A DNA stretch of 63,492 nt, counting the filler, from Reclinomonas americana ATCC 50394 (lineage: Eukaryota), in assembly GCA_048213135.1 (NCBI GenBank). It is 21 parts of 21 records of this genome, joined end to end, with 100 filler letters (N's around TTAATTAATTAA, not from the genome) between each part and the next. Parts side by side here need not be neighbours in the genome. Positions count along the whole stretch, not along the records: positions 10,815 to 11,930 come from AFZH01022765.1; positions 12,031 to 13,433 come from AFZH01022766.1; positions 13,534 to 17,951 come from AFZH01022768.1; positions 18,052 to 24,233 come from AFZH01022769.1; 17 more parts are not named here. One strand, written 5' to 3'. Under the pieces are notes generated by a model. It was given only the letters and a program-made list of their open reading frames with translations. It was not told the origin of the DNA and ran no database searches. This document shows, in pieces, positions 11,420-23,585 of the stretch. How positions within the stretch are numbered: the first letter of the stretch is position 1; the number at the start of each line of letters is the position of its first letter. The position numbers and the translations under genes are program-made.

Positions 11420-11421
11420 GG

Positions 11422-11784
11422 TCAGCCGCAAGGCTTCATCACGACCGGATCGGCTTCTGCCGGCAGCACTTCGTCGAGCGCCCGGCAGCGGCCCTCCACG
11501 CAGATTCGCCAGTCGGCGGTCGCGCCCGAGCGGCGCATCACCACTTCGCGCAACGGCGTTAGATCCGGCTTCCAGCGCCAGAACCCCCCGACCAGTTTCG
11601 CGCCATCGGGCGGGTCCATGCCGGCGCCAGAGCCCTGGATCCGCGCCTCCGCAATGACGAGGCCTTCACGCGTCTCCTGCCAGACCTCTTCCCACAACGA
11701 TTTCTGCACCGAATGCCGCCAGGACAGCGTGATCTCGCTCGCACCGAGCGGGATCAGCAATGCGCCAGCGGCGAGGCAGATCAT
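11422..11784 (-). CDS. DUF1850 domain protein (TRAP-associated)
   Basis: ITLSWRHSVQKSLWEEVW...EARIQGSGAGMDPP; ATGA overlap with the TRAP permease stop. Confidence 0.75.
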   Translation of the reverse strand: MICLAAGALLIPLGASEITLSWRHSVQKSLWEEVWQETREGLVIAEARIQGSGAGMDPPDGAKLVGGFWRWKPDLTPLREVVMRRSGATADWRICVEGRCRALDEVLPAEADPVVMKPCG

Positions 11785-11930
11785 GTCGCCGGACGTGTGT
11801 CGGTCCGAGCCCGCCAGAGATGCTGGCCGAGCATCGCGGCGGCCAGCGCGAAGCCGATCTCGTCGGTGAGCGGGACCGCCGCGACGAGGAAGGCCGCTGC
11901 GATCGCCGCCAGCGCCCGTTCCCACAATGC
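11781..11930 (-). CDS. TRAP transporter fused permease, extreme C-terminus
   Basis: LWERALAAIAAAFLVAAVPLTDEIGFALAA; adjacent to DUF1850. Confidence 0.6.
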   Translation of the reverse strand, partial: ALWERALAAIAAAFLVAAVPLTDEIGFALAAAMLGQHLWRARTDTRPAT

Positions 11931-12030
11931 NNNNNNNNNNNNNNNNNNNNNNNNNNNNNNNNNNNNNNNNNNNNTTAATTAATTAANNNNNNNNNNNNNN
12001 NNNNNNNNNNNNNNNNNNNNNNNNNNNNNN

Positions 12031-12266
12031 GTCTTGCCGACGAAGCGGGCGCCGGCCTCCAGGAACGCCTTCACGATCGGCGCCGTCTTGGTCTTGATCC
12101 CCGACAGCGCCAGCATGGTCGGCGAGCCCGCGCCGGTCGGATAGCCCTTGACGTCAAACAGGTCCTTGACCGCCAGCGTCAACCCGGCGAGCGGGCCTGA
12201 GGAGGCATGTTTCACCGCTGCTTCGGGGTAGGGCACGAAGCAGCGGAACGGATCGTTCTCGATCAT
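12031..12266 (-). CDS. Amidase (amidase-signature family), N-terminal fragment
   Basis: GPLAGLTLAVKDLFDVKGYPTGAG...LEAGARFVGK. Confidence 0.85.
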
Positions 12267-12296
12267 GGTCGTCTCAGATCTCCCCCAATATCCCAA

Positions 12297-13433
12297 TCAG
12301 ATGCCGCGGGCGTCGCCGTCCGAGCGCGGATCATGCGTTGCCTCGACATGACCCTTCTGGTGCTTGACCAGCATGCCGGCATGGCCGAACTGGTCGGAAT
12401 AGGTCTCGCTGTATTCCTCGACGGGGTGGCCGGCCGCAGTGAGGCGCGCCAGCAGCATCGGGTCGAAGCGGTTCTCCAGCTTGAGCGAGATCGAGCCGGC
12501 GCCCCAGGTCCGGCCGAAGAGCCAGCGCGGCGCATCGACCGCATCGGCGACGCCCTGGCCGAAGCGATAGCGCGACAGGATCTGCGCCTGGAATTGCGGC
12601 TGGCCGTCGCCGCCCATCGCGCCATAGCTCAGGATCCGGCCGTCGTCGAAGCGGGCGAGCGGCGGGTTCAGCGTATGGAACGGCTTGCGGCCGGGCGTCA
12701 GCGGGTTGAGCGCCTTCGCATCCAGTGAGAACGAGACGCCGCGGTTCTGCCAGTTGACGCCGGTCTTTGGCAGGATGCAGCCGGAGCCGTATTCCCAGTA
12801 GAGCGACTGGATATAGGACACCGCGAGGCTGGAGCCGTCGATCGCGCCCATCCAGATCGTGTCGCCTTCCCCGGGCCGGAACGGCCAGCCCGCGGCGCGC
12901 TTGCGGTCGATTCTGGCGGCTTCGCGTTCCAGGGCGGTGTCTGTGAGCAGGCTCGCCGGGTCGATTGTCATGAAGGCGGGGTCGGTGATGACCTTGTCGC
13001 GGATGGCAAGGGCCCGCTTCACCGCCTCGACCAGCCCGTGATGGTGGTCGAAGCTCTCCGGCCGGGTGACGCCGAGCTTCTCGAAGATGCCGAGGATCAT
13101 CAGGGCGGTCAGCCCCTGCGTCGGCGGTGGGAAATTGTAGACGATGAGCCCCGGCAGCTTCAGCGACAGCGCCTGGACGGTCCGGGCGCGGAAGGCTTCG
13201 AGGTCGGCCCGGGTGACGGGAGTGCCGAGACGGCCGAGATCCTCGGCGAGCTCGCGGCCGATGTCGCCGCGATAGAAATCGTCGAGCCCGGCATGGGAAA
13301 GCTGCTCCAGCGACGCGCCGAGCGCCGCAGGCTTGCGGCGGTCGCCCGCCTTGGGGCGTTCGCCGCCCGGCCAGAAGAACTCGCTGAAGCCGGGCGCTGC
13401 CTTCACCGCATCGACTTCCTGCGGCCAGGTGCG
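12297..13433 (-). CDS. Gamma-glutamyltransferase family protein, C-terminal part (likely the same gene as 10815-11068)
   Basis: PPPTQG, GDTIWMGAID (nucleophile Thr), IQSLYWEYGSG, QNRG, KPFHTLNP, GAMGGDGQPQ, DPRSDG. Confidence 0.9.
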   Translation of the reverse strand, partial: RTWPQEVDAVKAAPGFSEFFWPGGERPKAGDRRKPAALGASLEQLSHAGLDDFYRGDIGRELAEDLGRLGTPVTRADLEAFRARTVQALSLKLPGLIVYNFPPPTQGLTALMILGIFEKLGVTRPESFDHHHGLVEAVKRALAIRDKVITDPAFMTIDPASLLTDTALEREAARIDRKRAAGWPFRPGEGDTIWMGAIDGSSLAVSYIQSLYWEYGSGCILPKTGVNWQNRGVSFSLDAKALNPLTPGRKPFHTLNPPLARFDDGRILSYGAMGGDGQPQFQAQILSRYRFGQGVADAVDAPRWLFGRTWGAGSISLKLENRFDPMLLARLTAAGHPVEEYSETYSDQFGHAGMLVKHQKGHVEATHDPRSDGDARGI

Positions 13434-13533
13434 NNNNNNNNNNNNNNNNNNNNNNNNNNNNNNNNNNNNNNNNNNNNTTAATTAATTAANNNNNNNNNNN
13501 NNNNNNNNNNNNNNNNNNNNNNNNNNNNNNNNN

Positions 13534-13962
13534 CACACACACAAACAATGGCCGTGAGCATGACAAGAGAGAGGAGAGAGACAGACAGACAGGTGAGAGT
13601 GAGAGAGGGGGAGAGTGACAGGGAGGGAGGGAGAGTAAGAAGTTGTGTGCAGCTGAGTCAATGCATGTCAGGAGGAATATACGCAACGATGCCGAGGCCA
13701 CCAGTGGAGGCGGAGGAGGAGGAGAAGAAGGCGGCACAGCAAGCAACGTTGTCGTCGTTGTTGTTGTTGTTGTGGTGACTGTGGTGGCAATCGCTGGAGA
13801 CACACTCACTCGTGCGCGACACGATGCATTTCCACTGAGAGCAGTGGTGGTGGTGGTGGTGCCACTGAGCGCAGCAAGACCAGCAGCCGAGGGCGAAGGT
13901 GGAGGCCGTGAGGGCGACAGAGGGTTGCCAAAGGGCAGAGAGAATGAGCGCGGGCGACTCAT
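13534..13962 (-). CDS. Eukaryotic low-complexity protein, 5' part
   Basis: ATG at 13962, Ser/Pro/Thr-rich reading frame, divergent from the phosphatase gene. Confidence 0.3.
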
Positions 13963-14271
13963 GGGCTGCGCAGTGAGAGAGAACGCGCGCGTGTGTGTGA
14001 GAGAGAGTGTGTGTGTGTGTGTGTGTGTGTAAGTGTGTGTCACGCAACGCCGTGGAGAGAGAGAATGTGTCGGACGCGTGCCCGCTCACTTGGGCCCGGC
14101 TGTGTGCTCAAACAAAACACAAACGCGCGCGCAAACACACATCAGCTCCTCGCGCACTCTCACTCACACACACACTGTGACACACACACACCGCTGCCTG
14201 CGCCATTGTCGGCGCACGTCTTTCACAAACACTCTGCGTCCCGCGCAAGTCCCACTCACTCACTCGATACA

Positions 14272-14980
14272 ATGTCACTCTCAAGGCAACGTTGCCTCCT
14301 TATGTCGCTGTCTGCCTCTCTGTCTGACAGTGTGTGCACATACACACAGGTACATTCCACCCATCAACTTTGCCAACGTGGAAGAGGACTTGTACCGATG
14401 TGGGCAGCCTTCTGAGCTCAACTTTCCCTTCTTGGAGCGCCTCGAGCTCAAGAAGATCATCTATCTCGCCCCTGATGAACCCTCAGAAGCATTGTTATGT
14501 CACACACACACACACATTCCCTTCTCTCTCTCCCTCTCTCACACCCTTGTGGTGTCACAGTCAAAACTTTGTGCTCGACCAAGACATCACTCTCGAGCAT
14601 GTGGGCATGAGTGGTGCATCGATGCTGATGGGACCCATCACGGAGACAATGGTGTTGCAGGCGCTGGAGCACCTGCTCGATGTCAACAGCTATCCCATGT
14701 GCATCATGTGCAACTTGGGCAGGCATCGCACTGGTCTGTGTGCCTCTCTCTCTCTCCACGCGCTGGCATCATCATATGTGTGTGTGTCTCTGACGTGGGG
14801 GGTTCTTCAGGCACGGTGGTGGGCTGTTTGCGCAAGCTGCAGCGATGGAACCTGACGTCGATTCTGGAGGAGTATCGGCGCTTTGCCGGCTCAAAAGTCC
14901 GTCTGGAGAACGAGCAGTTCATTGAGCTGTTTGACACGGATCTGGTGCGTTTGCCGGCGGCCAGACCCAAGTGGATTTGA
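14272..14980 (+). CDS. OCA1/Siw14-family (PFA-DSP) tyrosine phosphatase, spliced; start uncertain
   Basis: YIPPINFANVEEDLYRCGQP..LNFPFLE; P-loop CNLGRHRTG; VVGCLRKLQRWNLTSILEEYRRFAG; GT-AG introns restore frame. Confidence 0.9.
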
Positions 14981-15033
14981 GCGGCTGTCGTCGTCGTAAA
15001 AGAGGGCGATTTGTGTGCGTCATTGAGATTACA

Positions 15034-16739
15034 CTATGCTTCTGTAGCTGTTGCTGCTGCTGCGACAGGTGCCTTTGTCGCCCTGTCGCTGTCACCCCGG
15101 GGGTGTTCCGCCGCCGCCGCCGCGCCTTCATCCTCCTCTTCCTCGTCGTCTGTGAAGCGGCCGCGCATGTCGGCGTCGTCTTCCTCAGACGACGGGACAG
15201 GCAGCTCGCGAGTGCGATGATTCGCGGATATCACCGAGGCGACTGGTGCTGGTGCTGGTGCCGATGCCGATGTTGGTGGCGGGGCACGATTCCGTTTCGG
15301 TGGTGGCTGCTCGAGCGTGGGTACCGCCACCTGCACCACCACGTCGTCGGGCCGAGTCACGCTGCGGTCACTCGGCGACTCGGCCGTCTCTTGCGCCACG
15401 CCGAGGAGTCCGGAGAGGCGCTTGAAGGTGGCGCTCGACGAGTCCACGTGGCTGCTCGACGAGCGAGCCGAGCGCGGAGAGTGAGGCCCACCGGAGCGTG
15501 CCGATCGCGGACTCGTTCCGGCAGAGCGACTTTCATCGCTCCGGACGCGAGAGTGACGGTTCAGCGACAGCGGCGGTACCGTGACCGCTGGTGCTGCCGC
15601 TGCAGCGTCGGCGTCGGCGTCGTTGGTGCTCCCCGAGGTTCGTCGGGCGCTGAGTGGACGCTGTCGCAGCCATTCGCGCGTCTCCTCGGCCGTCATCAGC
15701 GCGCCGTCGCGCGGATGCTCCAGCGATTGCGTGCGCTGCGAGCGTGCCGAGTGATTCGATCGATGTGACCGCTCCGAGTGCTCGTCGCCGTCATGCTGAG
15801 AGAGAGAGAACACAAAAGTCAACGCACGATCGACACGGACAGAACCGATCAGCGGCACTCACCGCATCGCGCGCACGGGGCGAGCGAGACACTTGCAGCG
15901 CGTTTGGCGCCGACGCCCGAGTGCGCGACAACGACTCGGGCGGCGGCTGAGACGAGCTCGATCGTCGACTGCTGCGCGATCGCCGGCTCTCCACCGATCG
16001 CCGACTTTCATGCGATCGTCGACTGGCCGTATCGTCAATGCTCCGACGCGACGAGCGCGATCGCGACGACCGCACATCGTCATGCGCCGACGACCGATCA
16101 CCACGCGGTGTCGAGGCCTTGTTCCGCCGTCGGAATCCCTGCTCGGCCTCCAGTTGATCCGACTGTCGCCACCCGCTGCGCGCACACACACACAAGTCAC
16201 CACCAACGGAATCGCGCTCAACCGTGAGAGAGAGAGAGAGATAGAAACGCACCCCCGGACGACGACTCCATTAGCAACCGCGGGCTGCTTGCGAGCATCG
16301 CGTCGGCGTCGCTCAATGTCCGTCAGATCCGTCACCGAGGTGACACTGGCCGACAGCCGCTGAATAAAGTTCTGCGCGCACACTGTGGCGTGAGCGATCC
16401 AGCAGCGCAAACCAGCACGCAACATGGCGCATGTACCTGTCGCGCAACAGGATCCTCAATGAACTCGGCCGTGGCCAGCGCCAACAATGCTGTGTGACGT
16501 TACTCTCTTTGTGTCACCACCGACCGCCATCATCATGACCATAACAAGGGAGCGCAAACGCAACATCGGGTCGCCCGCGAGCTCTCTCGAACGCGCACTG
16601 GCGTTGGCTCGGCGATGACTCCGTTCGGAGGCGATGAGGGCGCGTGGCCTCGGTGCTTGTGCCGATGCGCCCTAGGCGACGCGCCATGGCGAGCAGCAGA
16701 CACCTCGCCACCGCCTTCCCCATCGACGCCACTGCTCAC
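15034..16739 (-). CDS. Uncharacterised Ser/Arg/Pro-rich spliced protein
   Basis: Consecutive ORF segments joinable by GT-AG introns; convergent with the phosphatase gene. Confidence 0.45.
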
Positions 16740-17069
16740 TGGTGGAGGAGGATCGCCAGTCGTTGGTCCGCGCGACGACTTGCCCTGCTACATAATGAAG
16801 AGAGAGAGAGAGCGGAGAGAGAGTCGGTAACGTTGCACGGATTGAGCGGGAGTCAGAGAGAGCGAGCGAGTCAGAAGCGCAACTCGTCGACGGCGAGGAG
16901 AGTACAGATGTGCGGGGTTGACGCTGCTCAGGGGCGCAGTGGTGGCCGCGTGCGTCTTGGATCCGCGACAGCCCATCGCGCACAACGCAGCGAAGTTCAG
17001 ACGCGGTGGTGGGCCGCGGTGTGACAAAGCGAGACAAATGACGTGCGCTCACTGTCCACACATCCAACC

Positions 17070-17951
17070 ATGGAGGAAGACTACGATGAGGAGGAGGAAG
17101 AGGTGCCTCGTGTGCATCAGAGCATGCACGTTGAGTCGTCATCATCGGCAGCGGCGGCGAGGCATCCTCCGCCTCCGCGACGGCCGGTGGCCTCGTTGAG
17201 GACGGCGATGCGGAAGGGTGAGCAGCAGCATCACGATGGCGGTGCGCGACCGAGGACGCTGGCGAATCGTGTGTCGATCTCCAGTGGGGAAGCTGCGCGG
17301 TTGCAGAGATCGCATTCACAGCAGTGCGTTCGGTGTTAGAGATGCTGGCTCTTCAACTCTCTCGCTAGCGCTCACTCACACTGACAGTGCGCCTGCGGGA
17401 GAGCGTCTGAGCTCGTCGAGAGAGCCGAGTCTGGGAGCCTCGTCGCTGGCTGGCGACAATGAGTCGATGTTGCGTGGATACGAAGAGTTGTAATGTGCGC
17501 ATGGATGTCGCTTATATATGCGGTCGCTGGGCAGGGGCGATGTGGAGAGTATGGGTGGCTACTCGCGTACGCGCTCAGCCAGTGGTCTGTTGGTTGACGA
17601 CGAAGATGAGGACGATGATGAAGCTGGCGACAGCCCAGCCCCGCTGCCGACAACGTTTGCCGGCAACGTTTTCAAACTCGGTGGAATCTTTGGCAGCTCG
17701 TGGCAGAAGCGGTGTGTGCTGCCATCAGCAGCAGCAGCAGCATTTCCTCGTTCTCCTCGCTCACCAATGCGTCTCATGCAGTCAACTGCGATACGATGGT
17801 GCTGCGCAAATGTTGTACTATAAGAAGATGGGCAATGGCGACCAGCCGAGAAAGCTATCGACGGCCGGCATGCAGGTGGATTTCAGTCTGCCAACTGCCA
17901 CCAAGGGCGACACCACACTCTACGTGTTTGCGGTGCACCCCGTGGAGCATT
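17070..17951 (+). CDS. PH-domain protein (3'-truncated)
   Basis: Spliced FAGNVFKLGGIFGSSWQKRQLRYDG...MLYYKK matches PH beta1-beta3. Confidence 0.6.
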
Positions 17952-18051
17952 NNNNNNNNNNNNNNNNNNNNNNNNNNNNNNNNNNNNNNNNNNNNTTAAT
18001 TAATTAANNNNNNNNNNNNNNNNNNNNNNNNNNNNNNNNNNNNNNNNNNNN

Positions 18052-21000
18052 ACTGAGTCGCACGCTGCCCCAAATCGACCTGGAATACACTCCGCACAAC
18101 TGGGGCCGGTGAAGTTTCCGTTGCAGATGCATCCAAGAGTGGCGTCACAAGTGGAGTTGCTCGGACTGATTGTAAAAGGTGAGAAGTGCGACGACATGCA
18201 TGACATAATGAACAGCGCCGCGAGTGCCATACCATGCGGCACAAATGGCAGGCGGGATTTCACAGTTTGTGCCAGAGTACCCTGCATCACAACCTGCGCA
18301 GAGTAATGTGTGGGAGGCGTGAATGTGGGACCGTATTGGCTATCGGTTGTCGGACTCACTGCAATTCCCTTGATCATCATAGTGGCCGTGGCTGCTGCAT
18401 GTTTTGGTCAAACAAGTCCACTCCAGTCGCAGGTACTTGAATGTTGCGGGACACTACGGGTTCTCCCGCCGGTTAATTCGTCGCAAAGTCGATGCGACAT
18501 CAGATGAGGAAACAAGACTTACCGGATCGCCTTGATTGATCTTGTTGACGTTGCCGTCGAGCGCAGGGAATTCGTAACACCACGGCGTCGGCGTGGTGTA
18601 CGAAGGCGTTGCGAACTGGCACAGCAGGCGCAAGTGCCACGTTACGTCTGAGACACATGTGGTGGTCGTGGTGTCCAGGCCAGTGGAGCCAGCGTCGGCG
18701 CAGACAGTGGCTGTTGACGAGATAGGTGAGCATTCTTGTCGGCAGGAAGCGACGACAATATGCAACGCAACCGGAATCGCGACCCCAAAAGGCCGACTGT
18801 ACAAACACGTAGGAGCCGGTGGGACATGTTGCGCGCACTGCATCACCACCCTGGCAACTGGCGGACACCAAGAAGTCTTGCGGGTGGCAGTCCTCGCCAG
18901 TGTAGCCCGGCAAACAGGTGGCACAATCAGTGGCGGGATCGCGGTTTCCATTGCAGGTGCACATGCCGGTCCCCGTTGCCCCGGCGTTGCATAGGCCACC
19001 GTTGGTACACGGCCGACACTGATTTTCGCACCGGGCCCCCCAGTAATTGCCCTGGCAAACACAGCTTCCGTCACCTCCAAGTCCATCGTTGCATCTGCAA
19101 CAGCGAGGTCAGCCACTGTTGTGCACTTTTTTTGCCGTGCAGCAAGCATACACACCGTGCGCCATTTTGGCACTGACATACACCGCTGCAGGCTGCTCCG
19201 AATCGCCCAGCGAGGCATGTCGTGCAGTTTGTGGCAGCATCAAATCCACTGGTGCATCGGCACACGCCAGTGCCAGTGGAGCCGTCGGAACAGGTGCCTC
19301 CATTGACACATGCAGGACACACTCCGCTGCAGGTGGTGCCGTAGAAACCAGGCAGGCACATGCATGCCCCAGTGCCAGTGAGGCCATCGGAGCAGCTGCA
19401 GATGTGTGTGTGTGTGTCAGCCACCACACGCGCATGTTGTGAAGTCAACGCGACACCGTACCTCGCATTATTGGCGCACGCACATTGGCCAGCGCAGGCG
19501 GTGCCAAAGCGACCAGGAAGGCACTGAGAGCAATTGGATGCAGCAGAGAAGCCAGCGCTGCAGGCGCACTTGCCAGTGGCGTCGCATGTGCCTCCGCCAT
19601 TGGTCGAATTGCAGTCTGTGTTCTTGCATTCACACTGCGTACATCGTGAGCGCCGATTACAGCCTTCGCCTCTTTTTTGCTGCTGCGCACTCACCAATGG
19701 TCCAGCGGTGCCTGCTGGACAGATGCACGTGTTTCCAGTCGCGCTGCATGTGCCGCCATTGCGGCATGTGCACGGAGCGGTGTTGCTGACAGTGATGCTA
19801 GGCGATCGCGCCACCACAATGTAGCCTCCCGTGGGGTAGTTCTGGAAGCCGCGAACCTCCCACGTCGTTCCAAGTACGGCCGAAGTAGGCATGGTCAGCA
19901 TCATGGTGCCTGCAGCGCGTCCACTCAAATACGCCCACTGCGACGAAATAACAAAGTGTCCGCAACACAACAGTCACAGGTGCGGCAGCGAGAGAATGTG
20001 TGCGTACCACGCTGACGGACGAGCTGAGGGCGGTCGATTGCACCAGGTTGATCCAGTCTGTGGTTGTGGTGGCCGGGAATCCACTCCATGTCACCGACAC
20101 GGAGCCGCCCGGTGCAACAGTGGTAGAGCCAACACCCAGCGTGGGCACGTTTGGAGCTGCTCGAACATTTCAGTTGCAAGCCGTTATCGTAAAGATCGAC
20201 ACACAAGCGACCGACTCACTGGTGGCACTGGAAACAATCACTGGCCCAGCAAGCGCGCCACTGTGTTGACGCACAAGTCCGGCAGCATTCTGAAACTCCA
20301 CACGGAAGTAGTAGGTGCCGGCGGCCAGTCCGGTCAGTTGCACAGTACTGGTGATCCCAGGCGCCGCAGCATACGAGCCAACATCGTCCTTGGTGAGAAC
20401 TGCGCTGCCTGTGAGGCTGGTGTACACCATAATCCTGCGCCACACCATCGTCAATGTCTGAGAAGCATTCTACTGCATGAAGATAAGATGTTCACCTGCG
20501 GCGAGACAGCACGCTGCCTCCGCTGTGCGGCGGATGATTCACGGTAATCGCCACGGTCCCAGCAGTGCTGCTGCTAACAACAACGCTCGGTGCGCTGAAC
20601 GCAAACGGTGCAACTGCAATGGTCCGTGAGCAACTGGCAGCACCATCACGCGTGTTGGTGGTGGTGCACGTACCGACAATGTTGGAGCCACTGATGACAA
20701 GTGAAAAGTCTTGCGCACCCAATGGGGTGGTAATGGCGCGCACTCGCACCGAGTACAAGCCGGCGGAAACTGCCGACAGCACCACACGCTCCTGAGTGTG
20801 CGCACCATCCCACGTATCCTAATCATTGTTACTTTCGTGAGCACGGGAAAGAGAGAGATGTCGTCATGGAACTTGTGTGGTGCACTCCACACACACCGTG
20901 AAGCCGAGGAGCTCATTTCCACGCTGCAGCGAGGTTCCAGCGGCTCCAGTGCCGGCAAACACAGCGAGGTCGAGATCAGAGACCAGCGCTCGACTGTTGG

Positions 21001-23457
21001 CCGTCGCCGGTGATGATGGCGGAAAGTCGGTCCACACCAGAGACAAGGAGATGCGCGGCGAGGCGGCAGATATGAAGAAATCGGCGACGAAATCCTGCCC
21101 CGCTGCTGTCAGAGGCACGTCTTCGGCCGCCAGCACAAATGTCTGTGCAGGCGCCAGCACATTATCCAACTCGACGAGACCCCAGCCAATGATGGTGGCC
21201 CGCTGCGTGTCCGACAGCGACGACAGCGGTTGTGCGCCCTCTCCATTCACTGTTGCAGCGGTGGTGAGCGAGGTGCGTCCGCAACACTGATGGTTACTGA
21301 AAATGTCGGCACTCACCTCGACCACCATAGTTGCCATTGATGGGTCTTGCAGCATTCAGCAGGGTCGCGCGCAGAAGAGAGCCAGGGGGCGAGGCAAACG
21401 GCACCGGAGGCACAGTGGGTGATCCGATCGTTGGTGGTCCCGGGTACATTGTGCGGAAGTATTGGCGAAGTTGAGCGGCGACTCCGGCCACCACAGGTGC
21501 CGCAACACTGGAGCCTGCCATGACGGCGCTGTGCGTGAAAGCCGCCGCGGACGTCAGGCTGCTGCACAGAGGGGACGTTGCTGCGCGCGGACTCCATGCA
21601 CGAGCGGATCGGATCCACCATCCACTGCGTTGCGGAGGTAAGAAAACAGAAAATCGCACGAGAATAAACATGCACACTGGCAATCGACGCAACGGAGCCA
21701 TCACCGAGACACCGCTTCGTCCGTCAGCCGTCGGTCCGCGAGCCGACAACGGAGCGACAGTGCTCGCATCGACTCCGTTGCGAGTGGCTCCCACGGAGCA
21801 CACGTTTTTCGCAGTGGCCTCGGGCGACAACGAGCTGGCGTCCGTGCCGCTGCCGGCGGCCGTGACGATCAGCACATCTTTGCGCTGATTGGCAAACGTG
21901 TCAATCGCCAGAGCGACGGCGTCGTACGAGCCACCGCTGCCAGTGGAACCCCAGGCATTCACAAAAATGCGCGCTCCGTTGTTGTACGCAGCTCCCAGGT
22001 ACTGCACGTCGATGGCGTCGGGCAGCACAATGGAGAGTGCATCTGAGGGGCATCGGCCGAGTGGCATCGAGTTGCACAAGCACGAGACACCTGTTGGGCA
22101 CTGACAGCCAGCCGCCGACGAGCAACCAAAGTCGAAGATCAGCAGGCGAGTCTTGGGAGCGACTCCTGTTGTGAAAAGTAAGAAACGTACGACTGGAAGA
22201 GAATGAAGCGAGACACCAACCATTCAGTGGCAGCAGCGTGGTGGCCGTTGCGTCTCCAGAAACTGTGCCGGCCACGTGCGTTCCATGACCCGTCGGCGAG
22301 TCTACGCGATCCATGAAATCGACGTAGCCGAGAACCTTGCGATGAGCAGAGGTGAATGTGAACCCGCTGGCGGCAGAGCGTGTGTATTGCACACTGGCAC
22401 TCGTGTCCACAAAGAAGCAGGCGCTGGTGTCGAGACCGGCGTCGGCGACGGCCACCACTTCGTTGCTTCCATCCAGAACGCCAGTGTAGGGCTCGGAATT
22501 CACCAGACCCGACTGCACGACCCAGCGCGCGTCATTGACAGCGGCATGTGTGCGTACTGGCATGACCTTTTCGATCCATCGCACGTGCGGCAGCGTGGCC
22601 AGCACCTGCGCACCCGAAAAGGCCGCGTGCTCACTCTCAAACGTGAATAGCACCACTGGGTGTGCCGTGTCGCTCACAACGCGCACATGCACGAGTGACG
22701 ACGCCGCCTCGTCTCCGAGTTCTTCCGCCAGCGTCTCTCGCACAATGCTCAGTAGTGAGCGCTGACCTTCGTCGGCCTCGATCACCATGATGACGCGTAG
22801 TACGGTGGCTTCTACCGTGGCTTCGGTGTGCACACGCAGAGCAGGCGACAACTTGTGCTCCACCAGCAGCGGGGTCGACCACACCACCAGCGGCGACAGC
22901 CGTCGCCGAACGGCAGTGGGTGTGGCAAACACCATGTACCCGTTGTCGGGCACATATAGCACATGGCGCAACTGGGGTCGGCAGACGAAAGATTAGGAAG
23001 GAAGAGAGCGAGAGAGCGAGAGAGAGAGGGAGAAAGCGGACACCGAACGCAACTGGACTGTCGACTGTTTCCGCCACCAGTGCGTGCACTTCGGGCGATG
23101 CGTCGACGCCGTCAGCAAGCGCCACCAGTTGCCACTCCCGTGCCTCGTCGCCGTCCTCCGCTGCGACGTGCGTGCTGCTTACACAAAAAACACACAATCA
23201 GCGCTGCGCCCCGAATGCATGCGGCCACCATCATCACTCAACTGCAAGTCGGCATGGGGTGGCTGGTGTACGGCGTGACCATTGATGTGCAGCGTGGACT
23301 GAGGTGCGACACAAGAGCGAGTGAGTGACGCGATTGGTTGGGAGAGAGGAAAAAGACAACAACGCACCGCAGCAGCAGCAAAGCCGGCGCCACTCACGAC
23401 AGCCAACCCAACAACGACGAGGAGGAGCGACAGCGGCAAAAGTGCAACACGCCACAT
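18052..23457 (-). CDS. Large secreted S8 subtilase (KP-43/TagC-like) fused to an Fn3-like module, laminin-type EGF repeats and a SUEL-type lectin (3'-truncated)
   Basis: Signal peptide MWRVALLPLSLLLVVVG; VAVADAGLD, GHGTHVAG, MAGSSVAAP; GWGLVELD, LVWTDFP, LVSDLDL; repeated C..C..G.FG..C EGF units; CPTGSYVFVQSAFWGR. Confidence 0.82.
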
Positions 23458-23585
23458 CGCTTCTCGCGCGCGCCACGCTTAAAAACGAACTTGCTCTCTC
23501 TAGATCTTATGTTGTGCGAGTCGTTTCGTGTCCTCTCGTCAATTGATTCATTTGGAAAAACGGTCAGTCCTCGTCACAAGTGTCC

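Noticed and set aside
13434..13533. Bacterium-to-eukaryote horizontal transfer junction
   Set aside because: The switch coincides with an artificial N/TTAATTAATTAA linker, so there is no evidence of physical linkage.
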